DNA from: an uncultured Alphaproteobacteria bacterium
Lineage (GTDB): Bacteria > Pseudomonadota > Alphaproteobacteria > Rickettsiales > CAIJLX01
Reading direction: 5' to 3'
Assembly (NCBI GenBank): GCA_903821695.1
Contig: CAIJLX010000022.1
Span: 12,406 to 76,405 of the forward strand
Length of the DNA: 64,000 bases
Part shown: one piece after another, positions 38,633-47,786 of the stretch
Numbering within the stretch: position 1 is the stretch's first letter
Layout of the letters: each line of letters opens with the position of its first letter
Notes under the pieces: generated by a model
Database searches by the model: none
Told to the model about the DNA's origin: nothing
The model's input: only the letters and a program-made list of their open reading frames with translations
Position numbers and translations under genes: made by a program

Positions 38633-39523
38633 TTAGGCCCTCGGAAACAATTTTTGGTAGTTTTCGGCCATTTGTAGGGGGGTTAGGTGGGTGTAGATTT
38701 GGGTGGTGGAGAGGCTGGCGTGGCCTAGGCATTCTTGGATCACCTTTAAATCGGCACCGTTGCTCAGCATATGGGTCGCGAAAGAGTGCCTTAGGGCATG
38801 GGGGGTAAGGTGTTCGGGGAGTTGTAGCGTTTTTCGCAATTTTTGAATATTTCTTTGAAATACAGCAGGTTGCAGGCGTTTTCCTCGGCTGCCGATGAAT
38901 AAAGCAGGCTCTAGCGGATAGGGGCGGATATCTAGATAATCTTTAATGGCGGCTCGGGCTTCCTCCAAAAACGGGACTAAACGCTCCTTATTTCCCTTGC
39001 CAATGACCCGTAACATGGCGCCTTTGCTATCGCTGATATTGAGGGCTAGGGCCTCGGAAATACGCAATCCGGCGGCATAAAGTAGGGTAAAAAGGGCCAA
39101 ATCCCGCCGTGCCATCCAGCCTTCGTCCCATATTTCAAGAATTCCAGCCCGGGATTCCTTGGCTTGGCCGATGGAAATGGCTCGTGGCAACCTTTTAGGC
39201 CGTTTCGGGCTTTTGAGTGCCTTAACGGCCGGGTTTTGGATGTCATAGCGGCGAGCTAGAAAGGTAAAGAAACTGCGGAGAGTAGCCAAGGCCCTAGCGT
39301 TTGAGCCGATGGCGAGTTTTTCGGTGACTCGGGCACTCATCCAACTGCGCAGATCGGTGACACTTAATTTTTTGAGAGCTTCGAGGGTGAGGCTCGCCTC
39401 GTTATGTTTCTGCCAAAAGGCTACAAAATGGCCCATATCATAGCGATAATTGCCGATCGTGCGTGGAGAGCAGCGTTTTTCCTGTCTTAAATAATTTAGC
39501 CACTCTTCCATTGCGTCCTGCAT
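38633..39523 (-). CDS. xerC: Tyrosine recombinase XerC
   Basis: GLRISE, GKGNKER, PHALRHSFATH and LGHASLSTTQIY: catalytic R-K-H-R-H-Y intact. Start moved to ATG 39523. Confidence 0.9.
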   Translation of the reverse strand: MQDAMEEWLNYLRQEKRCSPRTIGNYRYDMGHFVAFWQKHNEASLTLEALKKLSVTDLRSWMSARVTEKLAIGSNARALATLRSFFTFLARRYDIQNPAVKALKSPKRPKRLPRAISIGQAKESRAGILEIWDEGWMARRDLALFTLLYAAGLRISEALALNISDSKGAMLRVIGKGNKERLVPFLEEARAAIKDYLDIRPYPLEPALFIGSRGKRLQPAVFQRNIQKLRKTLQLPEHLTPHALRHSFATHMLSNGADLKVIQECLGHASLSTTQIYTHLTPLQMAENYQKLFPRA

Positions 39524-39544
39524 GTGCCTATTGTAAATCGCCTC

Positions 39545-40414
39545 ATGCAGATTTTCCACACTCTTCGCAGCTATCCGAAACCGACGGCCCTCGCGATTGG
39601 CAATTTCGATGGCGTGCATCAAGGCCACCAGGCAATTATCGCCGAAGCCAAAAGCAAAGGCCTCACCCCTGCCCTGCTCACCTTTTATCCGCATCCGTCA
39701 AAACTTTTTCGCCCCGATAATCATGCGCTGCGGATTAATACGTTGGCCGATAATTTCCACCTACTCGCAAAAACAGGATTGGAAGTCATCTTCCTCCAAC
39801 ATTTCCACGCACCCTTTTCCAAAACCGAAGCGGAACATTTCATTAAAGATGATCTGATCGCCCGCTATCATGCTGAACATATTATCGTCGGCGAAGATTT
39901 CGTCTTCGGCCACCAACGCAAAGGCAACACGGAATTATTGCAAGCAGCCGGCCTCAAGGTTACTTGCCTAAAACCAGTGATGGTGGAAGGTGCAGCTTGT
40001 TCTTCGACTCGCATCCGCAAAGCAATAACGGAAGGCGATATCACCAACGCCAATCTATTATTAGGCCGTCCATTTGCAATCACCAGCAATGTCCGCCAAG
40101 GCCAACAAAAAGGCCGCACGATTGGGTTTCCGACGCTCAATCTTAAACTACGCGAGGGTTTGGTTGTTCCGCGATATGGGGTTTATGCGGTTTCGATCGC
40201 GGGTCAAAAAGCGATTGCCAATTTCGGTGTGCGGCCGACGGTAACAGAAGATAAAACACCAACATTAGAAGTACATCTCATTCAACCCAAAATCATTCCC
40301 GATTATGGTGATAAACTAACCGTCGAATTCCATCGCTTCATCCGCCCTGAGCAGCGCTTCGCTAATATAGAAGCTTTGCAAAAGCAAATTGCACAGGATA
40401 TAGAAGCGCTATGA
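39545..40414 (+). CDS. ribF: Bifunctional riboflavin kinase/FAD synthetase
   Basis: GNFDGVHQGH, G.DF.FG, SSTRIR, GRTIGFPT.N, G.RPT, LEVH; start at ATG 39545. Confidence 0.95.
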   Translation: MQIFHTLRSYPKPTALAIGNFDGVHQGHQAIIAEAKSKGLTPALLTFYPHPSKLFRPDNHALRINTLADNFHLLAKTGLEVIFLQHFHAPFSKTEAEHFIKDDLIARYHAEHIIVGEDFVFGHQRKGNTELLQAAGLKVTCLKPVMVEGAACSSTRIRKAITEGDITNANLLLGRPFAITSNVRQGQQKGRTIGFPTLNLKLREGLVVPRYGVYAVSIAGQKAIANFGVRPTVTEDKTPTLEVHLIQPKIIPDYGDKLTVEFHRFIRPEQRFANIEALQKQIAQDIEAL

Positions 40415-40893
40415 AAAATCCGATTCGTAATGGCCTACTCATTGCCGCCCTCGTTTTTATCGCCGATCAACTTTCCAAATGGTGGATGCTCGATGTAGTG
40501 AATATCACTGAGCGTGCCCCGATTGAGGTGACCTCGTTTTTCAAATTGGTAATGGTGTGGAATCGTGGTGTCAGCTTCGGGATGATGAATGACATACCGC
40601 ATTCGCATTTATTATTCAGCGGCTTGGCTTTCCTCATTTGCTGCTTCCTGGTGATTTGGTTGATGAAAGCAACCCATTGGTTGATCCTGGTCGGCGTTGG
40701 CCTCATTATTGGTGGGGCAATGGCGAATATGGTTGATCGGTTGCGGTTTGAGGCGGTCTCGGATTTCTTTTATTTTCATATTGCAGATTTTTACTGGCCA
40801 GCGTTTAATATCGCGGATGCGGCCATCTGCATCGGCGCCTTCTGTATTATTATTGAAAGTGTGATATCCAATAAACATGAAAAAAATTCTTAG
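40411..40893 (+). CDS. lspA: Lipoprotein signal peptidase II
   Basis: DQLSK, NRGVSFG, N..DR, V.DF, FNIAD. Confidence 0.95.
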   Translation: MKNPIRNGLLIAALVFIADQLSKWWMLDVVNITERAPIEVTSFFKLVMVWNRGVSFGMMNDIPHSHLLFSGLAFLICCFLVIWLMKATHWLILVGVGLIIGGAMANMVDRLRFEAVSDFFYFHIADFYWPAFNIADAAICIGAFCIIIESVISNKHEKNS

Positions 40894-41446
40894 CATCATA
40901 CCTCTCATTTGCCTGATCGGCTGCACTGGCTCTGAAGTCAAAAGCAACTTGGGCCTCAAGAAAAAATCGCCGGATGAATTCATGGTGCTCGCCCACCCTG
41001 CCCTCACCGTGCCGCCAAGTTTTGATCTGCCGGATCCGCAAGCTGCAAGCATCAGCGCTGCAAAAGATTCCAGTGCGAAGCAAGTGCTGTTTGGTGCGAG
41101 CAAGCTCAAGCCAGAAACGAAAACAAAAACCAATTCCAAGAAAGCGAGTGCAGAAAGTTTGTTCTTAAGCAAAGCAGGCGTCGACCACACCCAGGGTAAC
41201 ATCCGCGATATTTTGGATGATGATTTGCGTGCGGAGCAACCACCTGCGGAAGTGCAAGAAGAAAAAGGATTCTTCGGCCGCCTCTTCACGCCTATTAAGT
41301 TAGATGAAAAACCAGACCCTATCGTGAACCCCGTTGCTGAAAAAGAGCGCATTAAAGAAAGCAAAGCAAAGGGCGAGAAGATTGATGGTGATGATGCAGC
41401 GACCATCCAACCCAAGGGCGAATCTGTCCTCGATAGAATTTTTTAA
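40877..41446 (+). CDS. DUF3035-like lipoprotein
   Basis: Lipobox LIGC, PDEF.V..HP.L.VPP.F.LP.P; usual neighbour of lspA. Confidence 0.8.
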   Translation: MKKILSIIPLICLIGCTGSEVKSNLGLKKKSPDEFMVLAHPALTVPPSFDLPDPQAASISAAKDSSAKQVLFGASKLKPETKTKTNSKKASAESLFLSKAGVDHTQGNIRDILDDDLRAEQPPAEVQEEKGFFGRLFTPIKLDEKPDPIVNPVAEKERIKESKAKGEKIDGDDAATIQPKGESVLDRIF

Positions 41447-41449
41447 GCA

Positions 41450-42652
41450 ATGCTGACTCAGACCATTTCACACAACGCTGACCCTAGCTTCACGGCAAAA
41501 GGTCTAGAAGCATTTAAGGCTTTCTTAAATTCCGGAAGCCCGCATCTCGCTGTGCTTAAAAAAACGGATGACCTCAAAGAAATTGCGCCACTCGCCAATC
41601 GCATCCGCAATCACTTTTCCGCATTGATCGTAGTCGGAACCGGTGGCTCAAGCCTCGGCGGAAAAATGCTGTATGAGTTGCGTGACACTTCCCGCAAATG
41701 CCCCGTCATTCATTTTTTAGAAAATGTCGATCCAACCGGAACGCAGGATGTATTCAATACCCTCGATTGGCCTAAAACATTTTTCCTCTTCGTCAGCAAA
41801 TCCGGCGGCACACTCGAAACATTGAGCCAAGTGTTGTTGGTGCTCAAACATCTCGAGCCAAACAGCATCGCCCAACAATGCGCTGCGATTAGTGATCCGA
41901 AAGACAGTGCCCTACGTCAAATCTGCACCGGCTTAAAAATTCCCGTCTATGACCACGAAGCAGAAATCGGCGGCCGCTATTCCGTATTCAGCAATGTCGG
42001 TTTATTGCCTGCCGCCGTTGCTGGTCTCGATGTCATGGGCCTGCGCGAAGGCGCCATCGAATATAGCAAAAACGCTGGTGAGGCGATTGCATCTGCTGCC
42101 TCTTACCACATGCAAATGATGCAGCAAAAAACCAATCTGCATGTATTAATGCCTTATAGCGAACGCCTCAAATCTCTAACGGATTGGCACCGCCAACTCT
42201 GGGCCGAAAGCATCGGCAAAGAGGGCAAAGGTACGACACCGATTCGTGCACTTGGTGCTGTCGACCAACATAGCCAAATTCAGCTTTATCTCGGCGGCCC
42301 GAAAGATAAATATTTTACGTTCCTCGCGACCGATCAAAAGCACATGGGCGAATCGATTTGGCCCGATCATTTGAAGCTGCCGGAGCATCCGGATATCGCT
42401 TACCTCAAAGGCAAAACATTGGGTGATATTATTGATGCCGAACAATGGGCTACGATTGAAACATTTAAATCGCATAAGCTCCCGGTGCGTGTATTGAAGC
42501 TCGCGGATTGCAGAGAGCGCACCATCGGCGCATTGCTGATGCATTTCATTTTGGAAACCATCATCACGGCTGCGCTGATGAATGTAAATCCATACGACCA
42601 ACCCGCCGTTGAAGACGGCAAAAAACTGGCGAAGAAAATGCTGGCCGTATGA
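41450..42652 (+). CDS. pgi: Glucose-6-phosphate isomerase (short form)
   Basis: GTGGSSLG, SKSGGT.ET, IGGRYS, QLWAES.GK, DQHSQ.Q, PYDQPAVE.GK. Confidence 0.93.
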   Translation: MLTQTISHNADPSFTAKGLEAFKAFLNSGSPHLAVLKKTDDLKEIAPLANRIRNHFSALIVVGTGGSSLGGKMLYELRDTSRKCPVIHFLENVDPTGTQDVFNTLDWPKTFFLFVSKSGGTLETLSQVLLVLKHLEPNSIAQQCAAISDPKDSALRQICTGLKIPVYDHEAEIGGRYSVFSNVGLLPAAVAGLDVMGLREGAIEYSKNAGEAIASAASYHMQMMQQKTNLHVLMPYSERLKSLTDWHRQLWAESIGKEGKGTTPIRALGAVDQHSQIQLYLGGPKDKYFTFLATDQKHMGESIWPDHLKLPEHPDIAYLKGKTLGDIIDAEQWATIETFKSHKLPVRVLKLADCRERTIGALLMHFILETIITAALMNVNPYDQPAVEDGKKLAKKMLAV

Positions 42653-44397
42653 ACCTAATACGTTTGCTTCCATCCGTAGTGGTCAGTCGTATTGCCGCCG
42701 GGGAAGTGATTGAACGCCCTGCCTCCGCACTCAAAGAACTTCTTGAAAATGCATTAGATGCGGGTGCAAGCCGAGTCGAAATCACTCTCGAGCAAAGTGG
42801 CAAAAACTTGATCCGCATTTCCGATAATGGTGTCGGCATGTCTCGCGAAGGAATGGAACTTGCTGTCGAACGCCATGCCACATCGAAGCTGCCGGATGAC
42901 GATTTATTCCACATCCAAACATTCGGTTTTCGCGGCGAAGCATTGCCCTCGATCGGTTCCGTCAGTCGCTTAAAAATAACCAGCTCAGCCAGAGGCAGCA
43001 ACGAAGCCTGGTCACTCAAAATCGAAGGCGGGGAAAAATTTCCATCCGAACCCGCACCTCGTCGCGAAGGCACCGAAGTTGAAGTGCGTGATTTATTTTA
43101 CGCTACCCCCGCCCGCCTCAAATTTTTAAAATCCGAGAAGACGGAATTGCAGCAATGCATCCAAGTTATCGAGCGCATGGCACTGGCCTATCCGCATGTT
43201 TCCTTCCTCGTTTATTCCGATGGAAAACCTAGCCGCAAATACGATGCAGGCACTCACACCCAACGCATCGCTGCCGTGCTCGGAAAAGATTTTACCGAAA
43301 ACACATTGCCGATCGAAATTACACGCGAAGCGATGAGCCTATCCGGCTTCGCAGGCCTACCAACTTTCAGCCGCAACACCGCCAGCGAACAATATTTCTT
43401 CATCAATAATCGCCCGGTGAAAGAGAAGTCATTGCATGGTGCCGTGCGTGCAGCCTATCAAGATTTCATCTCCCACACGCAACATGCACAAGTGTTGCTC
43501 TTCATCGATATTCCACCAGAAGAAATCGACGTCAACGTCCACCCCGCCAAAACCGAAGTGCGTTTCCGTGATGGCAGAGAAGTCACCGGCATGATCATCA
43601 CCGCCCTCCGCCATGCCCTCACCGGCGCCGGCCATCGTGCGAGCAATACTGTTTCTGGTTCTGCTCTAAATGCATTTAGCAGCAGCCCGATTTCCTATGC
43701 CTATGCACCACGCCCCTCCACTTCCTCTTATGTGCGTGAGCCAGCGGCGATGCTCTATCAACCATTGCCACAAGCACGTGATACCGCACCTGAGCAACAA
43801 CCAGATTATCAACATTTTCCACTGGGCGCCGCACTCGCACAATTGCATGAAACATATATTTTGGCGCAGACAGTCGATGGGTTTGTGATGGTCGATCAAC
43901 ATGCGGCGCATGAACGACTCGTTTATGAAAAAATGAAAAACCAGCGTGGCAAAGAAGCAGTTAAAACACAGCGACTTTTATTGCCCGAAATGGTCGAATT
44001 GACGAGTGGCAAAGTGCACGCGATTTCGGAACATCGTGAGGCATTGGCAGAGATAGGCATCATCGTCGAGCTGGCTGGTGATTCGGCGATCGTTGTGCGT
44101 GAACTTCCTTCTATTTTAAAAGATACAGATATTCAAAAATTGATCCGGGCGATTGCGGATGATTTGGAAGAACATGGGCAACCACTTGCGGCACATGGGG
44201 CAATCGAACATATCTGCGAAACTGCGGCGTGCCATGGTAGCATTCGTGCCGGTAGACGGTTGACGATTGCGGAGATGAATGCGTTGTTACGCGAAATGGA
44301 AGCGACGCCACATTCCGGTCAATGCAACCATGGCCGCCCGACTTATATTACGTTGAAGCGCAGCGATATTGAGAAATTTTTTGGCCGCACCGGATGA
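42649..44397 (+). CDS. mutL: DNA mismatch repair endonuclease MutL
   Basis: IAAGEVIERP, DNG.G, GFRGEAL, DVNVHPAK, DQHAAHER, ACH, CNHGRP. Confidence 0.98.
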   Translation: MNLIRLLPSVVVSRIAAGEVIERPASALKELLENALDAGASRVEITLEQSGKNLIRISDNGVGMSREGMELAVERHATSKLPDDDLFHIQTFGFRGEALPSIGSVSRLKITSSARGSNEAWSLKIEGGEKFPSEPAPRREGTEVEVRDLFYATPARLKFLKSEKTELQQCIQVIERMALAYPHVSFLVYSDGKPSRKYDAGTHTQRIAAVLGKDFTENTLPIEITREAMSLSGFAGLPTFSRNTASEQYFFINNRPVKEKSLHGAVRAAYQDFISHTQHAQVLLFIDIPPEEIDVNVHPAKTEVRFRDGREVTGMIITALRHALTGAGHRASNTVSGSALNAFSSSPISYAYAPRPSTSSYVREPAAMLYQPLPQARDTAPEQQPDYQHFPLGAALAQLHETYILAQTVDGFVMVDQHAAHERLVYEKMKNQRGKEAVKTQRLLLPEMVELTSGKVHAISEHREALAEIGIIVELAGDSAIVVRELPSILKDTDIQKLIRAIADDLEEHGQPLAAHGAIEHICETAACHGSIRAGRRLTIAEMNALLREMEATPHSGQCNHGRPTYITLKRSDIEKFFGRTG

Positions 44398-45206
44398 GCG
44401 CTGATTTTTTAATTTTCAATCGCGCACTCAAAAAACACCAGCGAGAGCGGGCAGTCAAAACCCTTCCTAATTCCGATTTTTTATATCACGAAGCGGCCGC
44501 ACGTTTGGCTGATCGGCTTGATGCAATTAATCGCGAATTTCCTCTAACGTTAGATTTAGGCACACGTGGTGGGCTGCTGACACCGATGTTGAAAGAGCAT
44601 CCTTCAGTAAAAACTATTTTTGGATCTGATCTGGCAAAAGCCTGGGCTACAGATTTTGTCTGCGATGAAGAATTTTTGCCGCTCAAAGTTAGCTCACTCA
44701 ATTTGATTACGAGTTTGCTGAATTTGCATTGGGTGAATGATTTGCCAGGTGCGCTGATTCAAATTCGGCAGGCACTTGCGCCAGACGGTTTGTTTCTGGG
44801 TTCAATGTTCGGCGGGATGACATTGCATGAATTGCGGCAGGCACAAGTGCAGGCGGAGATGGAACTCTATGGCGGCATCTCGCCTCGCATTTCACCCTTC
44901 ACCGATGTGCGCGAAATGGCAGGGCTATTGCAACGTGCAGGATTTGCGCTGCCGGTAGCAGATACCGAAACGGTGACGGTGTTTTATCAGGATGCTTATA
45001 CGTTGATGCGGGATTTGAAGGCGATGGGCGAGAATAATGCCCTACTCAAACGGCCGAATAATTTTATGAGCAAGCGGGCGTTTTCATTAATCGCCAAAAA
45101 ATATCAGGAACTGTTTGGAAGTGTGGAAGGTATACCGGCGACGTTTGAAATTATTACGATGACGGGGTGGAATGAGCCTAAAACTTCCGGAGGGCGAACC
45201 CCTTAA
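44394..45206 (+). CDS. SAM-dependent methyltransferase-fold protein, NDUFAF5-like
   Basis: LDLG.RGG, LHWVNDLPG.L.QI...L.PDG.F, TL.ELR, SP..SPF, LLQRAGF.LPV.D. Confidence 0.85.
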   Translation: MSADFLIFNRALKKHQRERAVKTLPNSDFLYHEAAARLADRLDAINREFPLTLDLGTRGGLLTPMLKEHPSVKTIFGSDLAKAWATDFVCDEEFLPLKVSSLNLITSLLNLHWVNDLPGALIQIRQALAPDGLFLGSMFGGMTLHELRQAQVQAEMELYGGISPRISPFTDVREMAGLLQRAGFALPVADTETVTVFYQDAYTLMRDLKAMGENNALLKRPNNFMSKRAFSLIAKKYQELFGSVEGIPATFEIITMTGWNEPKTSGGRTP

Positions 45207-45222
45207 GAACTCCCTCCGGAAG
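45184..45222. repeat. 11-bp inverted repeat at the 3' end of the methyltransferase gene (possible terminator or REP remnant)
   Basis: CTTCCGGAGGG-N17-CCCTCCGGAAG; no U-tract. Confidence 0.4.
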
Positions 45223-45296
45223 AATCTCTGATGACGCATCGCCTAAAAGAGAATGATTCTTAATATCAAGTGAGGCCTGCCCCGTCAATATTTATT

Positions 45297-46166
45297 TTAT
45301 GGGATCAGTAAAATTTTTCCGGTGTGCTTAAAATTCTCCATTTTCTCGAATGCTTTTGCCACATCAGTAAGCGGAAATGTACCATCGATAATAGGTCTAA
45401 TCTCTCCGCTCTCAATTTTTGGCCACCAGAATTCGCGAAGGGTTTCGAGGATCTCATATCGCTCCTGCAGGGGCCTAGAGGAAAAGGTGGAGCCGATGAT
45501 CGATAGGTTTTTAAGTAATAATTTACCCATCGGCAATTCGGCTTTGCTGCCTTCGATTAAGCCGATGATGAGGAGTTTGCCGAATGGGTTTAGCGCATCG
45601 ATATTTTTTTGTAAGTACGGTGCCCCAACCATATCGAGAATAATATCGAAGCCACCGGCAGCAACGAAATCGTCCTGCTTATAATTGATTGCTTTTGTGG
45701 CGCCGAGTTTAATGGCGAGTGCGCATTTCTCTGGGCTGCCACAGGTCACGGATACTTCTGCTCCGATAGTGCGGGCCATTTGGATTGCCATGATGCCTAT
45801 GCCACTGGTGCCACCATGCACTAACAAACTATCGGTTGGTTTTAGACGGGCGAGTAAGAAGAGATTGAGATAGACCGTTGCCATCGCTTCTGGCAATGCG
45901 GCAGCATGGGTGAGCGGTAGGTTGGCGGGGGCGGGTAATGCCATGGCTTCGATGACGGTGACGATTGGGTTGAAGCCATCTTCTACCAATGCGCAGACTT
46001 TATCACCGATTGCGAAACGGCGGGCCTCTTTGCCCATGTTTGTGACGGTGCCGGACACTTCCATGCCGGGTTTGGCGCCTTTGCGATACATGCCTTTTTG
46101 GATATATAAATCGGCACGGTTGAGGCCGATGGCGGCTACTTTGATTTTGATATCGTAGGGGTTCAT
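45297..46166 (-). CDS. NAD(P)H-quinone oxidoreductase, PIG3/zeta-crystallin family
   Basis: GLNRAD, PGMEVSG, AAALPE, HGGTSGIG, DIILD.VG, HTGKI; start at ATG 46166. Confidence 0.88.
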   Translation of the reverse strand: MNPYDIKIKVAAIGLNRADLYIQKGMYRKGAKPGMEVSGTVTNMGKEARRFAIGDKVCALVEDGFNPIVTVIEAMALPAPANLPLTHAAALPEAMATVYLNLFLLARLKPTDSLLVHGGTSGIGIMAIQMARTIGAEVSVTCGSPEKCALAIKLGATKAINYKQDDFVAAGGFDIILDMVGAPYLQKNIDALNPFGKLLIIGLIEGSKAELPMGKLLLKNLSIIGSTFSSRPLQERYEILETLREFWWPKIESGEIRPIIDGTFPLTDVAKAFEKMENFKHTGKILLIP

Positions 46167-47155
46167 TTGCGCTCCAGGAGGCAGACGGTTTCTAAATGAT
46201 GGGTCCAATGGAATTGATCGACAGCGACCATTTCTTTGATGGCGAATCCGGCATCGGATAAAATTTTGATATCACGACTCAGCGTTTGCGGATGGCATGA
46301 AATCATCACGATGCGCTTCACCTCCGAACGGGCAAGCGCTTTACATTGCGGCCCTGCACCATTGCGAGGTGGGTTCAACACGGCGACATCAACGCCCGGA
46401 ATTTCTTGGTGCTGCACAGGGAATCGTTCGATATCACGTGCTGCAGCAGTGATGCGGGCTTGGCCTTTTAATGCAGCTACGGCTTTGTCAGACATTTCGA
46501 AAGCGAGCACAGGAGCTTTCTTGGCGAGCAGGAAACTATAGGTGCCGATGCCGCAAAAAAACTCGGCGATTTTTTTGGCTTTGGGGATCATGCGGTCGAT
46601 GGTGTTGGTGATCGCTTGTTGACCTTCGGCGGTGGGTTGGAGGAAGGCGCCGGCGGGCATATCGATCCAGGTGTCGGAAAACTGCATTCTGATTTTATGA
46701 CGCATGAGAGCGATGCTGTCGTTCACCACGATAGAGGCGATGTTATGTTTTTCGGCGAAGGATTTTAGGATAGCGAGTGGTGGCTCTCTCTTCATGGTGA
46801 GCACTAATTCAATGCCGCTATCGGCCATCGTCACGAATATTTTTTCCGGCTTTAGCGATTTAGCCAAGGTTTGCAGCGGAATAATCAGCTCGTCCATTTC
46901 TGGGACCACTGCCAGGCAATGATCAATCGGTACCAGCTCATGGCTCTGCGGGGCGAAGAAGCCTAACTTGCCGCTGGCATCCACTTTAAACTCCGCCCGG
47001 CGGCGGCTTGCGGGTTTGCCCCAGATGTAGCTGATGTTCTGGCCGGGAAACAGCTGGGTGAGCACTTCCGCTTTATGCGCACGATAGGCCGCCTCGTCCA
47101 GATGTTGGAGTTGGCAACCGCCGCATTTTGGATAATAGATACATGGTGCATTCAT
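46163..47155 (-). CDS. RlmD/RlmC/TrmA-family m5U RNA methyltransferase (no TRAM domain)
   Basis: C..Y..CGGCQLQH Fe-S motif, AFLQ, FCG.G, NPPR, SC.P, HLE. Confidence 0.88.
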   Translation of the reverse strand: MNAPCIYYPKCGGCQLQHLDEAAYRAHKAEVLTQLFPGQNISYIWGKPASRRRAEFKVDASGKLGFFAPQSHELVPIDHCLAVVPEMDELIIPLQTLAKSLKPEKIFVTMADSGIELVLTMKREPPLAILKSFAEKHNIASIVVNDSIALMRHKIRMQFSDTWIDMPAGAFLQPTAEGQQAITNTIDRMIPKAKKIAEFFCGIGTYSFLLAKKAPVLAFEMSDKAVAALKGQARITAAARDIERFPVQHQEIPGVDVAVLNPPRNGAGPQCKALARSEVKRIVMISCHPQTLSRDIKILSDAGFAIKEMVAVDQFHWTHHLETVCLLERK

Positions 47156-47196
47156 CGGTCTTGCCAAAATTTCTTAAATCCCTATAAGCAATAGTT

Positions 47197-47619
47197 ATGC
47201 GTTATACATATACCCTGTTACTCTCGGCAACGTTTGTTTCAACGGCGGCTTTCGCCCAACACCAGTTCCGCGACCAAATGGAGCCTTATCCTTATACGGA
47301 TGAAGCTGCTGTCGCCAATCAGAAACCGCTGATGGTGATCCGCTATAACCAAGAAAACGTCTATTACCAGACACCATTGTTCAATGCAGTCAGCAAAACC
47401 TTACAAGTAAAACCAACCGCTCAGTTCACTTTCGTTTCCAAAGTACCCGTCACTGGCCAGCCGGAAAAAGATAGCCGTGCCGAAGAGCAAGCTCACAGCA
47501 ACTGGCAAAATATTCTGCAAACGCTGAGTGATATCGGCCTTCCCGAAAAACAAATGACCGTGCGCTTTGAGAAATCCAACAAAGTGCTCAATAACGAAAT
47601 CTTGGTTTTCGTTCAGTAA
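47197..47619 (+). CDS. Exported hypothetical protein
   Basis: Sec signal ending AFA; coherent 140-aa ORF with a divergent promoter (TTGCCA-N16-TATAAG). Confidence 0.75.
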   Translation: MRYTYTLLLSATFVSTAAFAQHQFRDQMEPYPYTDEAAVANQKPLMVIRYNQENVYYQTPLFNAVSKTLQVKPTAQFTFVSKVPVTGQPEKDSRAEEQAHSNWQNILQTLSDIGLPEKQMTVRFEKSNKVLNNEILVFVQ

Positions 47620-47633
47620 TTCACAGTATTTAT

Positions 47634-47702
47634 CGTCATTTCGAACGCAGTGAGAAATCTGTGGACGTGTGCTTCAGATTTCTCACTGCGTTCGAAATGA
47701 CG
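47634..47702. repeat. CGTC-type REP-like perfect inverted repeat
   Basis: 28-bp arms CGTCATTTCGAACGCAGTGAGAAATCTG / CAGATTTCTCACTGCGTTCGAAATGACG with a 13-nt spacer. Confidence 0.85.
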
Positions 47703-47740
47703 CGGACTTACATATTTTATGTGGCCTGGTTTCAGGCAAT

Positions 47741-47771
47741 AAAAAAGGGCGCCTTTTGGGCGCCCTTTTTT
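47741..47771. terminator. Bidirectional intrinsic terminator after rpmJ
   Basis: AAAAAAGGGCGCC-N5-GGCGCCCTTTTTT. Confidence 0.88.
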
Positions 47772-47786
47772 GCATTTGCTAAAGCC

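Noticed and set aside
38339-38732. ORFs 38339-38578, 38418-38636 and 38463-38732
   Set aside because: They are translations of the REP palindrome and AT-rich promoter DNA (PASAGM repeats) with no protein features.
39524-39694. Long N-terminal extensions proposed by the ORF track for xerC (also fliK, yggT, petA, ilvE, dsbA)
   Set aside because: They overlap divergent genes or promoters and lie outside the family domains; downstream ATGs fit better.
40612-41415. 267-aa minus-strand ORF and similar long antisense ORFs (e.g. 13505-14059, 1666-2220, 42564-43073)
   Set aside because: Antisense shadows of well-supported genes, with no motifs or RBS.
45228-45260. CTGATGA hammerhead-ribozyme-like core
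   Set aside because: No following stem II-GAAA element and no flanking stems.
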